This document shows positions 45,448 to 50,294 of a stretch of 50,294 bases of DNA, piece by piece; positions within the stretch are counted from its first letter, which is position 1, and every line of letters starts with the position of its first letter. Origin of the DNA: Candidatus Omnitrophota bacterium (GTDB lineage Bacteria > Omnitrophota > Gorgyraeia > Zapsychrales > Fredricksoniimonadaceae); assembly GCA_037131245.1 (NCBI GenBank), contig JBAXRK010000006.1, forward strand, positions 1-50,294, written 5' to 3'. The notes under the pieces were generated by a model. That model made no database searches. It was not told the DNA's origin and worked only from the letters and a program-made list of their open reading frames with translations. Position numbers and translations under genes: made by a program.

Positions 45448-46675
45448 GTCTCTTCGTCTTCATATCGGTATTTTTGGCCGGATGAATGCCGGCAAGTCTA
45501 GCTTCCTTAACATGGTGGCCGGACAAGACGTAGCGATCACGTCTCCGGTTGCTGGGACGACCACCGATGTGGTCGAAAAAACAATGGAGCTTTTACCATT
45601 GGGGCCGGTGGTGTTCCTGGATACGGCGGGATTGGATGATGGTTCGGCTATAGGGGATTTGCGTGTCGCGCGGACGATGCGCGCGCTTGATCGCGCGGAC
45701 ATGGCGCTACTTATTCTTGAGCCGAACCTTTGGGGCGCGCCGGAAGAAACGGCTATTCGTCTTTTTCGGGAGAAAAAGAAGCCGTTCATTTTGGTCATTA
45801 ATAAGGCGGATGCGGCGGCGCCCGCGGAAGATTTTATGGCCGGGTTAAGGGCGAAGGCTGACAGGGTTCTGGTTGTGTCGAGCCTTGATGAGTCTTTTCG
45901 TCATGATCAGCTGACGGCTCTTAAGGAGGCGCTGGTCCATTGCTGTCCTGATGATCATTTTGTCTCGCGCCGTTTGCTGGGAGACCTTATTCCGCCGGGA
46001 GGCCTGGCGGTGATGGTCGTTCCGATCGACCTTCAGGCCCCGAAAGGGCGTTTGATCTTGCCGCAGGTCCAGGCCATCCGCGATGTCCTGGACCATGACG
46101 CGGCGGTCATGGTGGTCAAGGAGCGTGAGCTTGCCCCGTATTTGATGAAGCTCAAAGAGCCTCCAGCCCTGGTGGTTTGCGATTCGCAAGCGGTGATGAA
46201 GACAGTGGCCGATGTGCCGCTGGGGGTTAAATGCACGACCTTTTCTATCCTGTTCGCCCGTTTCAAGGGGGATCTTGAAGAACTGGCGCGGGGGGCAGCC
46301 GCGATCGACAGGCTCCAGGAGGGCGACCGTGTTCTGATCGCGGAAAGCTGTTCTCATCACACGGCGGAGGATGATATCGGGAAGGTGAGAATACCGCGCT
46401 GGCTGGCGCAATACACCGGGTGCGGCCTTGATATCGGGCATTGTTCAGGCCGGGATTATCCCAAAGACCTTGAGTCGTATCAATTGATCATTCATTGCGG
46501 TTCCTGCATGCTGACGCGCGGCGAAATGCTCTTTCGCATATCCCAGGCCAGAGGGCGTGGCGTCCCGATCACGAATTACGGGGTGGCGATCTCTTTTGTT
46601 CAGGGTGTCTTAAAACGAGTTCTGGCGCCTTTTCCGGTGGAACTGGCGGCCTTTGAGGCGGAATTAAATAAGTAG
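45431..46675 (+). CDS. hydF: [FeFe]-hydrogenase H-cluster maturation GTPase
   Basis: GRMNAGKSS, GTTTD, DTAG, APKGRLILPQ, ESCSHH and HCGSCM. Confidence 0.97.
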   Translation: MQSTPKSLRLHIGIFGRMNAGKSSFLNMVAGQDVAITSPVAGTTTDVVEKTMELLPLGPVVFLDTAGLDDGSAIGDLRVARTMRALDRADMALLILEPNLWGAPEETAIRLFREKKKPFILVINKADAAAPAEDFMAGLRAKADRVLVVSSLDESFRHDQLTALKEALVHCCPDDHFVSRRLLGDLIPPGGLAVMVVPIDLQAPKGRLILPQVQAIRDVLDHDAAVMVVKERELAPYLMKLKEPPALVVCDSQAVMKTVADVPLGVKCTTFSILFARFKGDLEELARGAAAIDRLQEGDRVLIAESCSHHTAEDDIGKVRIPRWLAQYTGCGLDIGHCSGRDYPKDLESYQLIIHCGSCMLTRGEMLFRISQARGRGVPITNYGVAISFVQGVLKRVLAPFPVELAAFEAELNK

Positions 46676-46684
46676 AGGTGTCTT

Positions 46685-48184
46685 ATGTCGGCTGTATCCG
46701 GATGTTCAGGTACATGGGAAGACCAGCGCGTTAAACGCGATCAGGTCGAAAAATATATGGTCAATGGACGGGATTTTATCGATGAAGAGCGGATCTTCGC
46801 GCGCTTGGCGGCAGCTCCCAAAGATCCCGACCCCGGGCAGGTCCGCGATATCCTGGCCAAATCGCTGGCCATCAAGGACTTGACGCCGGAAGAGGTGGCG
46901 GTCCTGATCAATGTGACGGATAAAGGGTTGCTTGAAGAGATGCGCTCTACCGCGCTGGCCGTTAAGCTCAAGATCTATGATAACCGGATCGTGACCTTCG
47001 CGCCTTTCTATCTGGGGAATTATTGTGTGAACCGCTGCGCGTACTGCGGATTTAACAATGATAATTGCGATGCCCAGCGCAAAGTCCTGGATACTGAAGA
47101 GATCAAGAAAGAAGTTGCTGTCCTTGCGGGGAAGATCGGCCATAAACGCTTGATCGTCGTTTATGGCGAGCATCCAAATAATGATGTCGACTATATTGTG
47201 GAGAGTTTAAAAACGATCTATTCGGTTAAAGTCAAGACCCGCAGCGGCCATGGTTCGATCCGTCGCGTGAATGTTAACGCGCCGGCTTTTTCCATAGAAG
47301 ATCTTCGGCGTATCAATGAAGCCGGTATCGGGACGTACCAGGTTTTTCAGGAGACCTATCATAAGGCTACCTACGCCCGGATGCATCCGGCGGATACGAT
47401 CAAGGGCGATTATCAATGGCGCCTTTATTGTATGCATCGCGCATTGGAAGCTGGTATTGATGACGTCGGGATAGGCGCTTTGTTCGGCCTATACGACTGG
47501 CGTTTTGAATTGATGGCGCTTATTGACCATACTCAGGAGCTGGAGAGGTCATTAGGGATCGGGGCGCACACTATATCTTTTCCGCGCCTTGTGCCGGCGC
47601 TTAATTCTATGATCGGCCCTGATTGGAAATATCTGGTCAGCGATGACGATTTTAAAAAGATCATGCTGATCATCCGCCTGGCGGCTCCGTACACGGGGAT
47701 GATCATCACGGCACGGGAGAAAGCCTCGATCCGTGATGAGGCTGTTCTGATGGGCGTGACCCAGATGGATGCGTCGTCCCGTATTGCGATCGGCGGGTAT
47801 TCCGACGCTGTCACCGCTCAGGAGAAGGATAAGCAGCAGTTCATCCTGGGGGACACGCGGTCGCTTGATGAGCTTATTCGCGATCTGGCCGCGAAAGGCT
47901 TTATTACCTCATTTTGCACGGCGGGGTACCGTTGTGGGCGGACGGGAAAATGCATCATGGACCTTTTGCGCAGTGGGGCTGAGGGAAAATTTTGCAAGCT
48001 TAACGCGATCCTGACCTTTCAGGAATGGCTCGATGATTTCGGCAGTGAAGAAGCGCGCCGGGCCGGGTTACCGCTTATTGAAAAAGAGGTCGAACAGGTC
48101 AGGGCCAAGAATCCGAAAGCGCTGGAGATCTTTACCGAGTATCATGCCCGGATCAAGAAGGGTGAGAGAGACTTGTACTTATAA
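46685..48184 (+). CDS. hydG: [FeFe]-hydrogenase H-cluster radical SAM maturase
   Basis: NYCVNRCAYC, FQETYH, HTISFPR and SFCTAGYR...FCKLNA. The C-terminal CxxC reads CTAG here. Confidence 0.95.
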   Translation: MSAVSGCSGTWEDQRVKRDQVEKYMVNGRDFIDEERIFARLAAAPKDPDPGQVRDILAKSLAIKDLTPEEVAVLINVTDKGLLEEMRSTALAVKLKIYDNRIVTFAPFYLGNYCVNRCAYCGFNNDNCDAQRKVLDTEEIKKEVAVLAGKIGHKRLIVVYGEHPNNDVDYIVESLKTIYSVKVKTRSGHGSIRRVNVNAPAFSIEDLRRINEAGIGTYQVFQETYHKATYARMHPADTIKGDYQWRLYCMHRALEAGIDDVGIGALFGLYDWRFELMALIDHTQELERSLGIGAHTISFPRLVPALNSMIGPDWKYLVSDDDFKKIMLIIRLAAPYTGMIITAREKASIRDEAVLMGVTQMDASSRIAIGGYSDAVTAQEKDKQQFILGDTRSLDELIRDLAAKGFITSFCTAGYRCGRTGKCIMDLLRSGAEGKFCKLNAILTFQEWLDDFGSEEARRAGLPLIEKEVEQVRAKNPKALEIFTEYHARIKKGERDLYL

Positions 48185-48193
48185 AGGGGGCTT

Positions 48194-48463
48194 ATGGATA
48201 ACAAGAAGATCGTTGAGGTGTTCGACCATCTTTCTCCGATCCTGGCCGATAGGGTCGGCGGGCCGGTGTATCTTGTTAAGGTAAGTGGCGCCCGCTGGTC
48301 CTATGTTGCCGGTCACGTGCCTTCAGAGCTCCCGTTTGTGGAGCCGCAAAAAGTCCTGCTTTTCGATGAATGGGCGGTCCTTTATTATCCTCAGGCAGGC
48401 CATCACATTGACCCGGAGGATATCCGCCGGATGTTCCTGGAAGCGCGCGAGGATGAGCCGTGA
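48194..48463 (+). CDS. Hypothetical protein (89 aa)
   Basis: AAGGGGG RBS; sits between hydG and hydE with GTGA coupling to hydE; RWSYVAG motif. Confidence 0.7.
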   Translation: MDNKKIVEVFDHLSPILADRVGGPVYLVKVSGARWSYVAGHVPSELPFVEPQKVLLFDEWAVLYYPQAGHHIDPEDIRRMFLEAREDEP

Positions 48464-49452
48464 CCAGGCAGGAAATTATCGATCAGCTGGCAACACCGGA
48501 TCCGACCGCCCTTTTCGCGCGAGCAGACCGTGTCCGCCATGAGCAGGTTGGTGACGCGGTCCATTTGCGCGGCCTGATCGAGTTTTCTAATGTTTGCGGT
48601 AAAGATTGCCTTTATTGCGGGCTGCGGCGCAGTAATAAGCGGGTGGAACGTTATCACATGGCCGTTGATGAAATTGTTGCGGCGGCTACCCAGGCGGCGT
48701 CGCTCGGGTATCAAAGTGTGGTGCTGCAGTCTGGTGAGAATTGCCAGTATCCGGTGGATGATATGTGCCGTCTGGTCAGCCGGATCAAGAAAGATTTAGC
48801 TTTGGCGGTCACGCTTTCTATTGGAGAAAAAAGCCGGGATGAATATGCCGCGCTTAAGGATGCCGGGGCGGATCGGTATTTGCTGCGTTTTGAGACTTCC
48901 TCTGAGAAATTGTTCGGGGAATTAAAGCCGGATTCTTCGTATGCGGCCCGTATGCACTGCCTGGCGTCGTTGCGTGAACTTAATTTTCAGGTCGGTTCGG
49001 GCATCATGGTCGGATTGCCGGGACAGACGCTGGCGATGATCGCGGATGATATCCTGCTGATGAAGGAGCTCGATCTGGACATGATCGGGATCGGGCCGTT
49101 CATCGCCAATCCGCAGACGCCCCTTGAAGGCGCGGCCAGCGGGACGCTGGCCCTGACGCTTAAGGCCCTCGCCCTGATCCGGCTGGTCACGCTCAATACG
49201 CATTTGCCGGCGACGACAGCTATGGGCTCGATCGATCCACGGGGCCGGCAGAAAGCCCTTCAGTGCGGTGCTAATGTCTTGATGCCTAATGTTACACCGA
49301 CTCGCTATCGCGCGCATTATCAGCTTTATCCGGGCAAGATATGCATTGAGGATAAGCCGGGTGACTGTTTCTTATGCGTCTCGGGCATGCTCAGGTCGCT
49401 GGGGCGGTCTGTTGCTGAAGGGCCCGGGCATAGCCTTAAGATCACCACCTAA
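48460..49452 (+). CDS. hydE: [FeFe]-hydrogenase H-cluster radical SAM maturase
   Basis: RGLIEFSNVCGKDCLYCG, LLRFET, GIGPFI, PATTA, GANVLMPN and YQLYPGK. Confidence 0.96.
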   Translation: MTRQEIIDQLATPDPTALFARADRVRHEQVGDAVHLRGLIEFSNVCGKDCLYCGLRRSNKRVERYHMAVDEIVAAATQAASLGYQSVVLQSGENCQYPVDDMCRLVSRIKKDLALAVTLSIGEKSRDEYAALKDAGADRYLLRFETSSEKLFGELKPDSSYAARMHCLASLRELNFQVGSGIMVGLPGQTLAMIADDILLMKELDLDMIGIGPFIANPQTPLEGAASGTLALTLKALALIRLVTLNTHLPATTAMGSIDPRGRQKALQCGANVLMPNVTPTRYRAHYQLYPGKICIEDKPGDCFLCVSGMLRSLGRSVAEGPGHSLKITT

Positions 49453-49485
49453 CGTTTTTCTATAAACATGGGATGAGGGGGTTTT

Positions 49486-50121
49486 ATGATCGTTTCGCGG
49501 ATCAGAGCGGCTTCACGGTCAACATTGAAGCGGCTTCCTTTATATTTGCATCTTTTAGAAAGGGTTCAGGCGTTGGGAGAGGAGTATATCTCCTGTACCC
49601 GGATCGCCGAAGAGTTTGATTTTGATCCAACGCTGGTCCGTAAGGATATTGAAGTGACTGGTGCCGTGGGGGTTGCCCGCATTGGTTTTCGTGTGTCAAG
49701 CCTGGTGGGGCGTATCAAGGAGTTTCTCGGCTGGAACAATGCCCATGACGCCTTTCTTGTTGGCGCCGGAAATCTTGGCAAGGCTTTGCTTGGCTATAAG
49801 GATTTTGAGAAGTATGGGCTCAATATTGTGGCGGCGTTTGATGATCATCCGCGCAAGGTCGGGACGATGCTTTTCGGAAAAGAGGTTTTGCCGCTTTCCC
49901 GCCTGCCGGCTATAGCCAAAAAGATGCGGGTCAGTATCGGGATCGTGACGGTCCCGGCTGAACAGGCCCAGGGGGTGGTCGATCAATTGCTGGCGGCTGG
50001 TATCAAGGCTATATGGAATTTTGCTCCGGCGCCTCTTAAGATACCCGGTGGCATCATTCTGGAGAATGCCCGATTGACACAAAGTTTGGCGGTTTTAACA
50101 ACGCATTTGACCAGGATGTAG
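49486..50121 (+). CDS. rex: Redox-sensing transcriptional repressor Rex
   Basis: RLPLY, VRKD, VGAGNLGKAL, IVTVP and IWNFAP. Confidence 0.95.
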   Translation: MIVSRIRAASRSTLKRLPLYLHLLERVQALGEEYISCTRIAEEFDFDPTLVRKDIEVTGAVGVARIGFRVSSLVGRIKEFLGWNNAHDAFLVGAGNLGKALLGYKDFEKYGLNIVAAFDDHPRKVGTMLFGKEVLPLSRLPAIAKKMRVSIGIVTVPAEQAQGVVDQLLAAGIKAIWNFAPAPLKIPGGIILENARLTQSLAVLTTHLTRM

Positions 50122-50234
50122 CCGATATATAGAGAAAGTGGAGACTTTTAGGGTTTTTTCAATAATGACCTTGAAAGCATGTCAATAGATGTTATACTTT
50201 GCATACTCGTTCCACCCTTATCTACTCAAATAGA

Positions 50235-50294
50235 ATGTATAAAAAATCTTTCTCGATCCTGACAGCTATTTTTTTATTTTTTTGTTCACAGGCA
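50235..50294 (+). CDS. Partial CDS running off the window, begins with a signal peptide
   Basis: MYKKSFSILTAIFLFFCSQA; upstream TTGAAA-N16-TATACT promoter at 50171-50198. Confidence 0.4.
   Translation, partial: MYKKSFSILTAIFLFFCSQA

Noticed and set aside
50244-50257. TTTCTCGAT half-site matching the 38572 palindrome
   Set aside because: Only a half-site, and it lies inside a probable coding start; likely chance.

Overview
A GC-rich bacterial chromosomal window from an anaerobe or microaerophile. The pilin-, TPR- and radical-SAM-rich gene content resembles Ca. Omnitrophota, but that is inference only. Left to right it holds: an enolase cut at its 5' end by a probable IS end; sodC; a type IV pilin carrying a SUEL-like lectin domain; a minor-pilin (pilVWX-like) operon; prfC; four tandem bacteriohemerythrins plus a fifth frameshifted at a T9 run; ygiD, a GH26 hydrolase, an SPFH protein and mnmD; two copies of a convergent module (membrane-anchored B12 radical SAM enzyme plus a small membrane protein); an O-antigen ligase-like gene; pckA with a second PEPCK-like gene; msrA; a polyamine cluster (speD and membrane SpeE-like genes); an AmmeMemoRadiSam radical SAM locus; and a group A3 [FeFe]-hydrogenase operon with maturases (hydF, hydG, hydE, aspA, TM1266) and rex. 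The strongest novelty candidates are four. (1) An N-terminally clipped AmrS enzyme is flanked by two small exported or membrane peptides, each carrying the missing AmrS N-terminal motif near its C-terminus; one is an unannotated 46-aa Tat peptide. (2) A ~180-nt multi-hairpin sRNA with repeated AUCCC/CUCC loops has its own promoter and terminator. (3) A riboswitch-like leader precedes the H-cluster maturation genes. (4) The membrane B12 radical SAM module occurs twice. No rRNA, tRNA or CRISPR array was seen.
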